Shown one piece after another: positions 9,233 to 19,210 of a stretch of DNA of 64,000 nucleotides. A program made the translations under genes and the position numbers. The notes under the pieces were generated by a model. That model did no database searches, had not been told where the DNA came from, and worked only from the letters and a program-made list of their open reading frames with translations. Numbering within the stretch: position 1 is the stretch's first letter; each line of letters opens with the position of its first letter. Origin of the DNA: an uncultured Chloroflexia bacterium (GTDB lineage: Bacteria > Chloroflexota > Limnocylindria > QHBO01). The stretch spans positions 64,001 to 128,000 of the forward strand of contig CAWHAZ010000003.1 in the NCBI GenBank assembly GCA_963827475.1, written 5' to 3'.

Positions 9233-11050
9233 TCAGGATCCTCCTTGCGCCGGAACGGCCGGCGTCGCCAACATTCGGGTGACCTCGGCCTTCTCCCGGC
9301 CGAGCTGAGTGATGTGCGTTTCGATCTGCGCCAGGAGCTCGCGGTCGCCATCGCGTTCCGCGTCCTCCAGCAGGTTGCGCCCGTCGCCGATGGCCTCCTC
9401 GATCCTCGCCCGGCGCAGTCGCAGGCGGCAGACCCGCAGCGCCTCGGCAGCGATCGCCGGCTCGAGACGTGGCGCCGAAGCAGCGGCCTCGATCACGGCC
9501 CGCGCCAGCTCGGTGGAGACTGGATCGAGTCCGGTCAGGAAGCCTTCCACGTCGACCGGGCTCGATTCGGAAGCCGCGACCCAGCTGCGCCAGGCCTCGG
9601 CCAGGGACGCTGCCTCAGGGCGCCCCAAGGGCAGCGGGTTTGCCTCCAGGTCCACGGTGAGCGAGGGATGTCGGATGAGCAGGGCCAGGGTCTCGGTCTC
9701 GACCGCGTCCAGGGCGGGCGTCCCGGGTCCAACGGGCTCGGACTGCGCCGCTGCGGGTCGTCGCTGGAGCCGCGGCCGTGCCAGACCCTCGCGCAGGATC
9801 TTCTCGTCGACCTTCACGATGCGCGACAGCTCCTGGACGTAGAGATCCTGGACGACCGAATCGGTCACCCGCTGGAGCTTGGCCAGGACGCGTCCGGCCA
9901 TCTCGCGGCGGCCCGCGACGGTGTTCAGGTCCACGCGCGCGGCCTCGCGCTCCATGAAGTAGTCGATGAGCGGCTTGGCATTCTCGATCGCTTCGCGCCA
10001 CGCGTCGGGATCGGTCTGCAGGAGCTCGGCGGGATCCTTGCCGGCCGGGATCCGGATCACGCGCAGCTTGGTCACGCTCTGGCTCGGACCGAGCTCCTCG
10101 AGCAGCCCGCGCTCGGTCGCGGCCTCGCCGGCGAGGTCCACGTCGTAGGCAAGGGTGATGGCATCCGCGTAGCGGGTCACGATGTCCACCTGGCCGCGAG
10201 TCAGCGCGGTCCCCATGGATGCCACGACGTTCGTAAAACCAGCCTGGTGGGCGGCCATGACATCGGTGTAGCCCTCGACGATCACCGCCAGCTTCTCGCT
10301 GCGAATGGCGGCCCGCGCGAGGTCGATCCCGTACAGCGTGCGGCTCTTGTCGAAGAGTGGCGTGGCCGGGGAGTTCAGGTACTTCGGGCCCTCCCCATCC
10401 GGCATGACCCGGCCGCCAAGCCCGGTCGCTCGACCGGACGCGTCACGGATCGGGATGATGATCCGCCGTCGGAACCGATCCACCGGCCGACCACGCTGGC
10501 CCATCGACGCGAGGCCGGCCGCGACCATCTCCTCCGACGAGAAGCCGCGCGACGCGAGCCGCTTGACGAGGGCATCCCAGCTGTCGGGCGCGAAACCGAT
10601 GGCGAACCGATCCAGGGTCTCGTCGGAGAAGCCGCGCTCGGCGAGATAGCGACGGGCAGGCTCCGCCTGGCGGGCCTGGCGCAGGACCTCGCGGTACCAG
10701 GCGATGGCCGCCTCCAGGGCATCGCGCAGCCGCTTGCGACGACGATCCTCCCGAGCGCCAGCCGCGGACAGCTCCACGCCGGCTCGCTCGGCCAGGCGGC
10801 CGAGGGCCTCGCGGAACTCGATGCCGTCGCGCTTCATGACGAAGGTGAAGATGTCTCCGTGCTCGCCGCAGCCGAAGCAGTGCCACGACTCGCGCTCCGG
10901 GCTGACGGTGAACGACGGGGTCTTCTCGACGTGGAACGGGCAGAGGCCTTTCATCGTCGAGCCGGCACGTTTGAGCACGACCGTCTCGCCCACGATTTCG
11001 GCGACGGGCAGGCGGGATTTGATTTCGGCGACGGAGCCGGGTGAGCTCAT
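9233..11050 (-). CDS. dnaG: DNA primase
   Basis: CPFH..CFGC zinc finger, KYLNSP, TOPRIM VEGYTDV and YDVDLAG. Confidence 0.97.
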   Translation of the reverse strand: MSSPGSVAEIKSRLPVAEIVGETVVLKRAGSTMKGLCPFHVEKTPSFTVSPERESWHCFGCGEHGDIFTFVMKRDGIEFREALGRLAERAGVELSAAGAREDRRRKRLRDALEAAIAWYREVLRQARQAEPARRYLAERGFSDETLDRFAIGFAPDSWDALVKRLASRGFSSEEMVAAGLASMGQRGRPVDRFRRRIIIPIRDASGRATGLGGRVMPDGEGPKYLNSPATPLFDKSRTLYGIDLARAAIRSEKLAVIVEGYTDVMAAHQAGFTNVVASMGTALTRGQVDIVTRYADAITLAYDVDLAGEAATERGLLEELGPSQSVTKLRVIRIPAGKDPAELLQTDPDAWREAIENAKPLIDYFMEREAARVDLNTVAGRREMAGRVLAKLQRVTDSVVQDLYVQELSRIVKVDEKILREGLARPRLQRRPAAAQSEPVGPGTPALDAVETETLALLIRHPSLTVDLEANPLPLGRPEAASLAEAWRSWVAASESSPVDVEGFLTGLDPVSTELARAVIEAAASAPRLEPAIAAEALRVCRLRLRRARIEEAIGDGRNLLEDAERDGDRELLAQIETHITQLGREKAEVTRMLATPAVPAQGGS

Positions 11051-11079
11051 GGGAGGGTCCTGCGCGCCACTGGGGCGCG

Positions 11080-11141
11080 TGTCAAGTGATTTGTCAAGAG
11101 TTCTGTCAAGTGTCCAGACCCCATTTTAACCCATTGTCAAG
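11080..11141 (-). repeat. Four CTTGACA boxes (three at 12-bp period) between dnaG and the sigma-like gene
   Basis: TGTCAAG on + strand at 11080, 11092, 11104 and 11135, plus a 1-mismatch copy at 11111; locally AT-rich; TAAAAT on the minus strand at about 11123-11128. Confidence 0.8.
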
Positions 11142-11211
11142 CGATCCCAGCGCATTTGGTAGTCCACCCGCGTGACTGGAGTTCAAACGCCCGTGGGCTA
11201 CCATCCGTGAC

Positions 11212-11751
11212 GTGGAGGAGCACTCGCAGGAGCGGGACTTCGTCGAGCTGCACGGCGACCGTTTGCTGGGGTTCGCCATGCTCCTCACGCTCGGAGACGC
11301 GTCGCGGGCGGGGCGACTGACGTCCCAGGCGCTCGGCGCCGGCGTGAAGCGCATCGACCAGCTGCGGCATCCGGTGCGGGCGGCGGCATGGCTTCGGGGG
11401 CAGGTCACCCAGGCCGCGGGCCTCCCCGCGTGGGGGCAACGGCGTCCCAACGAGACAGAGCGACGAGATGCGCTCCGGTCGATGGGGGTGGACCCCGCGA
11501 CGTATGACGCCCTGGCCAGTCTGAACGTCCGCAGCCGCGCGGCAGTGGTCGCGACGGCGGTCGAGGGATTCGCCATCGCCGATGTGTTCGAGATCGTGGG
11601 CAGCGACGAGCGGGTGCGGACGGCGCGCCGCGACTTCCTCACCGCGTACCTCGCCGCCTCGGAGGCGCGCGACTCCACTCCTCCCTCGGGCGAGCTCACC
11701 GCGCGGGTGCGCGCCGCCGCCGGCGGGATCATGGCCGAGTCCCGGGAATGA
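11212..11751 (+). CDS. Degenerate ECF sigma-70-like protein
   Basis: Region-2-like FVELHGDRLLGFAMLLTLGD...QLRHP..AAWLR and region-4-like ALASLNVRSRAAVV..VEGFAIADVFEIVG; canonical AEDLVQ replaced by AGRLTSQ. Confidence 0.65.
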   Translation: MEEHSQERDFVELHGDRLLGFAMLLTLGDASRAGRLTSQALGAGVKRIDQLRHPVRAAAWLRGQVTQAAGLPAWGQRRPNETERRDALRSMGVDPATYDALASLNVRSRAAVVATAVEGFAIADVFEIVGSDERVRTARRDFLTAYLAASEARDSTPPSGELTARVRAAAGGIMAESRE

Positions 11752-12671
11752 CCGATTCGCACGATCTGCTCGAGTCCTGGCTGATCGAGGGGGCGGTGGG
11801 CGATCCGCCGCGGGAGCTGGCCGTTCACGCCGCCGTGTGCGACTCCTGTGGGCAGCGACTCGGCGCGTTCGACTCGCTGGCGGTCGTCGACGTGGCCGCC
11901 GCCGGCTCTCCGCCGCCGGTGGCCTCGCCATCGCGGGTGGTGGCCGCGCTCCTGTGGGCGCGCACCGGGACGGCCGTGGTGGCTACGGTCGCCGCCGGCG
12001 TCCTCGTCGTCGTGGCCGCGACACAGCTGGCGGGGATCGTTGGCGGCCTGCCGGCACCTTCGGACGGCGTGGCGTTCGAGACCGGCTCCGGCGCGCTCTC
12101 ATCGGACGAGTCGGGGTCGCGCGGTCCCGAGCCGGCGGGCGAACCCAGCGTCCCGGGGCCGACACCCACCCCGATCCCGACCTTCATTCCGCTGCCGACC
12201 GTCGCCCCCGGCGCAGCGCCCTTGGCCGCGCCGTCCGCTCCCATCCTGGTCCGGGGAGCGGTCACCCAGAGCTCGATCAACATGTTCTGGACGAATGGGA
12301 GCGGCGGCGGCCCGGTGCAAAAGTGGGACGTCTGGCGCCGCATCGGTACCGGGACGTGGCAGAAGCTCGGGGAGCTGCCCGCCGGCACGCACAGCATGAC
12401 GAACTCGGGGCTCGCGTCCGGCACGAGCTATTCGTACCGGATCCGGGCCGTCAACACCAGCGCGCTCGGCTCCTTCTCGAACACGATCACGGGCACGACC
12501 CTGTCTCCGCCGGCCCCGACCCCAACACCGGCCCCAACCCCGCCCCCACCGACGCCCACGCCGGAACCATCGATCCCGGACACGCCGCCGCCCACGCCGG
12601 AGCCGACACCCGAGCCAACCCCGGAACCAACGCCACCGCCGCCGACACCGGACCCGTCGGCGACGCCCTGA
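11748..12671 (+). CDS. Putative zinc anti-sigma (ZAS) membrane protein with extracytoplasmic fibronectin type III domain and Pro/Thr tail
   Basis: HAAVCDSC (HxxxCxxC), one hydrophobic helix, FN3 signature (W..., GLASGTSYSYRIRAVN..GSFS), PTPE repeats; ATGA-coupled to the upstream gene. Confidence 0.75.
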   Translation: MTDSHDLLESWLIEGAVGDPPRELAVHAAVCDSCGQRLGAFDSLAVVDVAAAGSPPPVASPSRVVAALLWARTGTAVVATVAAGVLVVVAATQLAGIVGGLPAPSDGVAFETGSGALSSDESGSRGPEPAGEPSVPGPTPTPIPTFIPLPTVAPGAAPLAAPSAPILVRGAVTQSSINMFWTNGSGGGPVQKWDVWRRIGTGTWQKLGELPAGTHSMTNSGLASGTSYSYRIRAVNTSALGSFSNTITGTTLSPPAPTPTPAPTPPPPTPTPEPSIPDTPPPTPEPTPEPTPEPTPPPPTPDPSATP

Positions 12672-12755
12672 CATCGGTCGAACCGGCGTGCGCGTGATGG
12701 CGCCGGTCGTGTAGAAGGGGCGCACCGGAATCGGTCCCATCCAGCGGAGGAACGC

Positions 12756-13928
12756 ATGGCTTTCGACATGTCCCTGGTCCAGCGAGGCGCGCGCCTGCGG
12801 CGGTCGCCCTTCTACGAGGCGGAGCAGGCCTACAGCCCGAAGGGCTACACCGTCTACAACCACATGCTGTTCCCGACCAACTACGACGACTTCGAGGCCG
12901 AGTACTGGCACCTCCTCAACCACGTGACCCTGTGGGACGTCGCGGTCGAGCGGAACCTGGAGATCCAGGGCCGGGACGGGTTCCGCTTCGCCCAGCTGTT
13001 GACCCCTCGGGACCTGTCGAAATGCGCGGTGGGCCAGGGCAAGTACGTGCTGATCACCGCGCCGGACGGGGGCATCGTCAACGACCCGGTGATGCTGCGC
13101 CTGGGCGACAACCACTTCTGGTTCGCACTCGCCAGCTCGGACGCGCTGCTGTACGCCATGGGGCTCGCCGCCAACCTCGGCTGGGACGTGCAGATCGGCG
13201 AGCCGGACGTGTCGCCGGTCCAGATCCAGGGCCCGCACTCGAGCGACGTGGTCGCCGCGCTCTTCGGCCCCGACATCCTGTCGCTGAAGTACTACTGGTT
13301 CCGTGAGCTGTCGCTGGACGGCATCCCGGTGATCGTGACCCGCACCGGCTGGACGGCCGAGGTCGGCTACGAGATCTACCTCCGTGACGGCCAGCACGGG
13401 ACCGCGCTGTGGGAGCGGATCATGGACGCCGGTCGACCGTTCCAGATCAAGCCAACCGGCCCGTCGGACATCCGGCGGGTGGAGGGCGGCATCCTGAACT
13501 GGGGCGCCGACATGGGCCTGGAGAACAACCCGTTCGAGGTGGGCCTCGAGCGGCTCTGCCATCTCGACGGCCAGTTCGAGTTCATGGGCAAGGCCGCGCT
13601 GCAGGAGATCCGCCACAACGGGGTCAGCCGCAAGCTGATCGGGGTCGAGATCGGCGGGGATCGGCTGGAGATGAACTTCACGAAGTGGCCGGTGACGGCC
13701 GACGGGGCACTGGTCGGCCAGGTGACGACCGCGCTGTGGTCGCCACGGCTGGAGCGGAACATCGGCTACGCGTGGCTGCCGATCGAGCGGGCGGTGGATG
13801 GCCATGCGGTGACGGTGACGACGCCCGACGGAGAGCGCGAGGCGACGGTCGTCCCGATGCCGTTCATCGACCCCGACAAGGAGATCCCGAAGGCGAAAAT
13901 CGCGGTCGGGGAGGTGGGCCTGCGCTGA
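12756..13928 (+). CDS. GcvT-family aminomethyltransferase / folate-dependent demethylase (DmdA-like)
   Basis: RLRRSPFY..YTVYNHM..LWDVAVER..LTPRDL..GGIVNDPV..TRTGWTAEVGYEIY..RRVEGG; RBS GGAGG. Confidence 0.88.
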   Translation: MAFDMSLVQRGARLRRSPFYEAEQAYSPKGYTVYNHMLFPTNYDDFEAEYWHLLNHVTLWDVAVERNLEIQGRDGFRFAQLLTPRDLSKCAVGQGKYVLITAPDGGIVNDPVMLRLGDNHFWFALASSDALLYAMGLAANLGWDVQIGEPDVSPVQIQGPHSSDVVAALFGPDILSLKYYWFRELSLDGIPVIVTRTGWTAEVGYEIYLRDGQHGTALWERIMDAGRPFQIKPTGPSDIRRVEGGILNWGADMGLENNPFEVGLERLCHLDGQFEFMGKAALQEIRHNGVSRKLIGVEIGGDRLEMNFTKWPVTADGALVGQVTTALWSPRLERNIGYAWLPIERAVDGHAVTVTTPDGEREATVVPMPFIDPDKEIPKAKIAVGEVGLR

Positions 13929-13941
13929 CGGGCCGCCGCGC

Positions 13942-14391
13942 TCAGGACCCGGGCTTGAACACCATGAGCGCGATGATGACGGCGAAGCTCACCAGCTCCA
14001 GCCGCGAGACCACGTACAGGCCCCGGATCAACTTCAGACCCGTGACCGATGTGGGCCCTTCCACCTCGAACGTGTCCGCCGCCCGCTTGGCCCGAGGCCC
14101 AAGGTAAAGGGCGCCGGCCACGGCCGACGCCACCCACAGGGCGACGGACACGGCGATCCAGACCTCGCCGAAGCTCCAGGCCTGGATGGTCATGGCGACG
14201 CCACTGATGATGATCACGAGGGATGCCGGCAGGAACAGCCACTTGCCGAGGCCTTCCATGTGGCGGGCGATTGCCGGCACGAAGGCCGGATCGGACCGTC
14301 CGATGCGAATCGCGAGCACCTGGATGGCGACGGCGCCACCGACCCAGATCACGGCCGCCACGATGTGCGCGTACAGCAACAGGTCATACAT
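13942..14391 (-). CDS. DUF2269-like integral membrane protein
   Basis: LLYAHIVAAVIWVGG, 4 TM segments, terminal LMVFKP. Confidence 0.8.
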   Translation of the reverse strand: MYDLLLYAHIVAAVIWVGGAVAIQVLAIRIGRSDPAFVPAIARHMEGLGKWLFLPASLVIIISGVAMTIQAWSFGEVWIAVSVALWVASAVAGALYLGPRAKRAADTFEVEGPTSVTGLKLIRGLYVVSRLELVSFAVIIALMVFKPGS

Positions 14392-14452
14392 TGGGCCAAG
14401 GATACCGATGGGCGCGGCGAACCCGGGCGCCCCACCGGTACGATGCCGGGCC

Positions 14453-14926
14453 ATGTGGAGAGCCGTGACGATCGAGGCGAGCATCGACTACCCACCCGAG
14501 CGGGTGTTTCCATACCTCGCCGATCCTGAGCGCTGGCCGGAGTTCGCGCCGGCGGTGGCATCACGGCGGCGGATCGGCGACGGATCGCCGGCGGTCGGGA
14601 GCCGATGGGCGGCGGTGGACCGCATCGGTCCGTTCCGCATCCGGTTCACCGATGAGCTCAGCGAGGTCGAACCCTACCGCGGCGTGGTCTGGCTCTCGAC
14701 CTCGCCATGGAACTCGCGAGTCGAGTACCGACTCCGGCCCGAGGCCGACGGGACGCGGATCCTGGCCAGCTACCAAGGCGACGTTGCCGGCTGGCTGCGG
14801 CTCGTCGCGCTCCTCCCCACGCGCGTGCTGGCCCGGATCCTCATGCGGGATTTCCACGGCCTCGGGCGCTGCCTGGACGCCGAGGAGCGATCCCCCGCCG
14901 TATTGGACGTCGCCAGTCCCGGTTGA
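14453..14926 (+). CDS. SRPBCC (polyketide cyclase/START-like) protein
   Basis: IDYPPERVFPYLADPERWPEF..VGSRW..EVEP..EADGTRI; alternative start GTG 14465. Confidence 0.8.
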   Translation: MWRAVTIEASIDYPPERVFPYLADPERWPEFAPAVASRRRIGDGSPAVGSRWAAVDRIGPFRIRFTDELSEVEPYRGVVWLSTSPWNSRVEYRLRPEADGTRILASYQGDVAGWLRLVALLPTRVLARILMRDFHGLGRCLDAEERSPAVLDVASPG

Positions 14927-14939
14927 TGCCGGGACCGGC

Positions 14940-16319
14940 TCAGCCGGCCGGCGGGATGTTCTGGTTCAAACGGAACAGGTTGGTCGGGTCGTACTTCGCC
15001 TTGATCGCCCGCAGGCGGTCCCAGGTGGCACCCGGGTAGGCAGCCCGGACGCGCGCCTCGCCCTCGTCGACGAGGAAATTCACGTAGGCGCCATCATCGC
15101 CCTGCCGAAGGTCGTCGACGAAGCCGGTGACCCACGCGCGCCGGCGCGGCCGGTCCTCCTCACCCTCGTAGAACGCGGCGACGTTCACCATGACCCGACT
15201 CGTGCGATGCGCGAACGCGGTCGCGTCCACCGGAACGTCGGCCATCGCGCCACCCAGCGGTCGGAGCTGCGCGACCCGCATCGGTGAGTCCGATGCCGCC
15301 AGCCGCTCGAGGATGAGCTCGGAAGCCGCGGCATCCACCCGGTCGACGAACATCGTCCGCGCCTCGGCCAGCGGCCGGTAGTCGGGATCGTCCGGCATGT
15401 AGATCTCCGGGTAGCCCATCGGCTTGAGCCCGTCCATGAGCGGCGCTGCGAGGGCCCGGAAGGGGGCGACCGCCCGCTCGGCGGCATCGGCATCGCCGGC
15501 GTAGCACATGATCGCCATGGCCACCATCTGGCCCACGGCCTCCTCGGGAATGCCCGGCATCGGTGGCGCCGGCATGACATTGAGGATCGACGAAAGCTCG
15601 TTGGAGGCCGCGTTCGAAGCGGCCATGAAGCCCTCGATCACCTCCGCCGTCGCGGGCAGGATCAGGATGCCGCCATACGCCTCGGGCACCTCGTGCAGCC
15701 GGAACTGGAATCGGGTGGCAACCCCGAAGTTGCCGCCGCCGCCGCGGATCGCCCAGAACAGGTCCGGCTCGGTGTCGGCGTCGACCCGCCGCAGCTCACC
15801 GTCGGCGGTGACGATGTCGGCCGCCAGGAGCGAATCGATCGTGAGGCCGAGCAGGCGGACGAGGTAGCCGACGCCGCCGCCGAGGGTCAGCCCGCCGAGC
15901 CCGACCGACCCGGTGTCGCCGAACCCGACGGCGAGCCCGTGCTCGCCGGCGGCATCGGTGAATGCTGCCGCCGTCAAGCCGCTGTCGGCCCAGGCCACCC
16001 GGGCCTCCGGATCAAGCTCGAGCGCGGTCAGCTCGCGGAGGTCGAGGACGATGCCGCCGTCGGTCGCCGAGTGGCCGGCCCCGCTGTGGCCGCCGCTGCG
16101 GACCGCCAGCTCGGCGCCGGTCTCCCGGGCCAGGTCGATGACCTCGGCAACGTCCGCGGCATCCGCCACGCGCACGATGAACGCGGGGTGGCGGTCGATG
16201 TGGCCGGCGACGACGGTTCGGGTGGCGTCGTAGTCCGGGTCCTCGGGCGTGATGATGCGGCCTCGCACGCGGCCTTCGAGAGCCGTCGCGGAGAGCGGAC
16301 TGGAAGCGGAAACGGACAT
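14940..16319 (-). CDS. FAD-binding oxidoreductase (berberine-bridge-enzyme like)
   Basis: LAVRSGGHS (covalent-FAD His), GLGGLTLGGGVG, DLFWAIRGGGGNFGV, C-terminal YVNF..KAKYDPTNLFRLNQNI. Confidence 0.92.
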   Translation of the reverse strand: MSVSASSPLSATALEGRVRGRIITPEDPDYDATRTVVAGHIDRHPAFIVRVADAADVAEVIDLARETGAELAVRSGGHSGAGHSATDGGIVLDLRELTALELDPEARVAWADSGLTAAAFTDAAGEHGLAVGFGDTGSVGLGGLTLGGGVGYLVRLLGLTIDSLLAADIVTADGELRRVDADTEPDLFWAIRGGGGNFGVATRFQFRLHEVPEAYGGILILPATAEVIEGFMAASNAASNELSSILNVMPAPPMPGIPEEAVGQMVAMAIMCYAGDADAAERAVAPFRALAAPLMDGLKPMGYPEIYMPDDPDYRPLAEARTMFVDRVDAAASELILERLAASDSPMRVAQLRPLGGAMADVPVDATAFAHRTSRVMVNVAAFYEGEEDRPRRRAWVTGFVDDLRQGDDGAYVNFLVDEGEARVRAAYPGATWDRLRAIKAKYDPTNLFRLNQNIPPAG

Positions 16320-16341
16320 CCTGGGATCCTCCGAGGACGAA

Positions 16342-19137
16342 TCAGCGGTCGCGCTCGTCGGCCTCCGCCAGGACGGCCTGGGCGGCCGCAAGACGGGCGA
16401 CGGGAACCCGGAACGGGGAGCACGACACGTAGTCGAGACCGATATCGTGACAGAACGCGATCGACGATGGGTCGCCGCCGTGTTCCCCGCAGATCCCGAC
16501 CTTGAGACCCGGGCGAGCCGCGCGGCCTCGCTCGGTGGCGATCCGGACCAGCTCCCCCACCCCCTCCCGGTCGAGGACCTGGAACGGGTTTTCGGGCAGG
16601 ATCTTGCGTTCGACGTAGCGCATGAGGAACTTCCCCTCCGCGTCGTCGCGCGAGTAGCCGAACGTCATCTGGGTCAGGTCGTTGGTGCCGAAGCTGAAGA
16701 ACTCGGCGTCCTGCGCGATCTCGCCGGCGGTCAGCGCCCCGCGCGGGACCTCGATCATGGTCCCGAACTTGTAGGCAACCGACTGCCCGGAGGCCTCGGC
16801 CACCGAACGTGCCTCCGCCTCGAGGGTGGCCCGCGTCTCGCGCAGCTCGTTGGCGTGGCCGACGAGCGGGATCATGATCTCGGGCAGCGGGGTGACGCCC
16901 TCGGCGGCCACTCGCGTGGCGGCGGCCAGGATGGCCCGGGTCTGCATCCGGACGATGTCGGGGATCATGAGCCCGAGGCGCACCCCGCGCATGCCGAGCA
17001 TCGGGTTCTGCTCGCGCATGGACTCGACCGCCGCCAGCGTCTCCTCCAGCTCCGCCAGCCGGGCGGCATCGGTCCCCCGCTCCTGCAGCCGGGTGACCTC
17101 GACCAGGAGCTCGTCGTGCGACGGGAGGAACTCGTGGAGCGGCGGGTCGATGAGGCGGATGACCACGGGCAGGCCGTCCATCGCTCGGAAGAGGCCGGCG
17201 AAGTCATCGGTCTGGGTCTGCTCGAGCGCGGCCAGCGCCGCGTCGAAGGTCGCGATCACCTCCACGTCCTCGGGGGTCAGGGCCTCTCCGGCCTCCCGCC
17301 GGACCTTGGCAGCGGTCGCGTCGGAGGCGACCAGGATCATCTGGCGGACGGTCGGCAGCCGCGACTCCTCGAAGAACATGTGCTCGGTCCGGCACAGACC
17401 GATGCCCTGCGCCCCGTAGGATCGGGCCCGCTCGGCGTCCCGCGGGTAGTCCGCGTTGGCCCACACCTGCAGGCGCCGCACGTCATCGGCCCAGCCCAGG
17501 AGGGTGGCGAGGTCCCGCTCCTCCGCGAAGTTGGGGTCGATGGTCGCGAGCGCGCCGGTGTACAGCTCGCCGGTGGTGCCGTCGATGCTGATCGTTTCTC
17601 CCTCGGCCACCGTCGTCGGCCCGACCCGCATCGTCCGCGCCTCGTAGTCGATGTCGAGCGCCTCGGCACCCGCCACGCAGGGCAGGCCGAGGGACCGGGC
17701 GACCACCGCCGCGTGGGACGTCGCGCCACCGCGCGCGGTGAGGACCCCCTTGGCCACCAGCATGCCGTGGACGTCGTCGGGGCTGGTCTCGATCCGGACG
17801 AGGATGACCGGGTCTCCGGCTTTTGACGCCTCCACCGCCCGGTCCGGGTCGAAGATCGCCCGCCCGGTTGCCGCGCCGGGGGATGCGTTCAGCCCGGTGC
17901 ACAGCCGCCGTTCCGCGGCGGCGCTCCGCGACGCATCGTCGAAGCGCGGCAGGAGGAGCTGGACGACCTGGGCGGGCTCGACGCGCTGGAGGGCCTCCTC
18001 GCGAGTGATGATCCCCTCATTCACCATCTCGACCGCGATCCGGACCGCGGCCGGCGCCGTCCGCTTCGCGGAACGGGTCTGGAGCATGTACAGCCGGCCG
18101 CGCTCGATCGTGAACTCGAGGTCCTGGACATCGCGGTAGTGGGCCTCCAGCCGCTCCCCGATGCGCTGGAACTCGTCGTAGACCTGCGGCATCTCGTCAC
18201 GGAGCGAAGCGATCGGCGAGGGGGTGCGGACGCCGGCCACCACGTCCTCGCCCTGGGCGTTGGTCAGGTACTCCCCGTAGAGCGCCTTTTCCCCGGTGTT
18301 CGGGTCCCGCGTGAACGCGACACCGGTCCCGCTGTCGCTGCCGAGATTGCCGTAGACCATGGCCACCACGTTCACCGCCGTGCCCAGGTCGTGGGGGATC
18401 TTGTTGTACTCGCGGTAGTCGTGGGCCCGGCGGCCGTACCACGAGGCGAACACGGCCTTCACCGCCAGGTCGAGCTGCTCGAGCGGTTCGGTCGGGAACT
18501 CGCGCCCGGAGTGGCTGCGGACCACGGCCAGGAACGACTCGGCCACCTCGCGCAGGGCGTCGGCGTCGAGGTCGCTGTCGGCCTCCACCCCTCGCGCCTC
18601 CTTCGCCTGCTCGAGGATCGGCTCGAACAGGGTGCCGTCGACGTCGAGCACGATCCGGCCGAACATCTGGATGAAGCGGCGATAGGCATCCCATCCGAAG
18701 CGGGGATCCCCGGTGAGCGCGATCAGCCCATCTCGGGTGTCGGGGTTGAGGCCGAGGTTGAGGACGGTGTCCATCATCCCGGGCATCGAGAATTTCGCTC
18801 CGGATCGGACCGAGACCAGGAGCGGGCTGGCCGGATCGCCGAAGCGCTTGGCGGTCTGGCGTTCCAGGGTGCCGACCGCTTCGAGGATGTCGTCCCACAG
18901 ACCCCCGGGGAGCTGCTCGCCGGCGGCGAAGTAATCGGTACAGGCAGCGGTCGTGATCGTGAACCCCGGTGGCACCGGCAGGCCGGCGTTGGTCATCTCC
19001 GCCAGGCCGGCACCCTTCCCGCCGAGGAGGTCTCGCATCGTGGCGTCGCCCTCGGCCTGCCCCTCGCCCCAGGCATAGATGTACCGCTTCGCGGCCCGAT
19101 GGGCGCGCTCGACGGCGGGGGTCACGGCTTCAGCCAC
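16342..19137 (-). CDS. ppdK: Pyruvate, phosphate dikinase
   Basis: LLGGKGAGLAEM, SVRSGAKFSMPGMMDTVLNLG, GGATSHAAVVAR, GTNDLTQ, GICGEHGGDP. Confidence 0.97.
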   Translation of the reverse strand: MAEAVTPAVERAHRAAKRYIYAWGEGQAEGDATMRDLLGGKGAGLAEMTNAGLPVPPGFTITTAACTDYFAAGEQLPGGLWDDILEAVGTLERQTAKRFGDPASPLLVSVRSGAKFSMPGMMDTVLNLGLNPDTRDGLIALTGDPRFGWDAYRRFIQMFGRIVLDVDGTLFEPILEQAKEARGVEADSDLDADALREVAESFLAVVRSHSGREFPTEPLEQLDLAVKAVFASWYGRRAHDYREYNKIPHDLGTAVNVVAMVYGNLGSDSGTGVAFTRDPNTGEKALYGEYLTNAQGEDVVAGVRTPSPIASLRDEMPQVYDEFQRIGERLEAHYRDVQDLEFTIERGRLYMLQTRSAKRTAPAAVRIAVEMVNEGIITREEALQRVEPAQVVQLLLPRFDDASRSAAAERRLCTGLNASPGAATGRAIFDPDRAVEASKAGDPVILVRIETSPDDVHGMLVAKGVLTARGGATSHAAVVARSLGLPCVAGAEALDIDYEARTMRVGPTTVAEGETISIDGTTGELYTGALATIDPNFAEERDLATLLGWADDVRRLQVWANADYPRDAERARSYGAQGIGLCRTEHMFFEESRLPTVRQMILVASDATAAKVRREAGEALTPEDVEVIATFDAALAALEQTQTDDFAGLFRAMDGLPVVIRLIDPPLHEFLPSHDELLVEVTRLQERGTDAARLAELEETLAAVESMREQNPMLGMRGVRLGLMIPDIVRMQTRAILAAATRVAAEGVTPLPEIMIPLVGHANELRETRATLEAEARSVAEASGQSVAYKFGTMIEVPRGALTAGEIAQDAEFFSFGTNDLTQMTFGYSRDDAEGKFLMRYVERKILPENPFQVLDREGVGELVRIATERGRAARPGLKVGICGEHGGDPSSIAFCHDIGLDYVSCSPFRVPVARLAAAQAVLAEADERDR

Positions 19138-19210
19138 GGGACGCAGGCTCCATACGGGGTCGCGCCGAGAATTCTAGAAGGTCCACCGCCGGGTAGTCTG
19201 CGCTACCGAT

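Noticed and set aside
12500-12668. Short repeats resembling a CRISPR or ncRNA array
   Set aside because: They are degenerate codon repeats encoding a Pro/Thr/Glu linker, with no constant repeat and unique spacers; the same applies to the rpoD, L5 and S3 repeats.
12672-12755. Glycine riboswitch before the GcvT-family gene
   Set aside because: The 84-nt gap has only a simple ACCGGCG/CGCCGGT hairpin and no glycine aptamer core.
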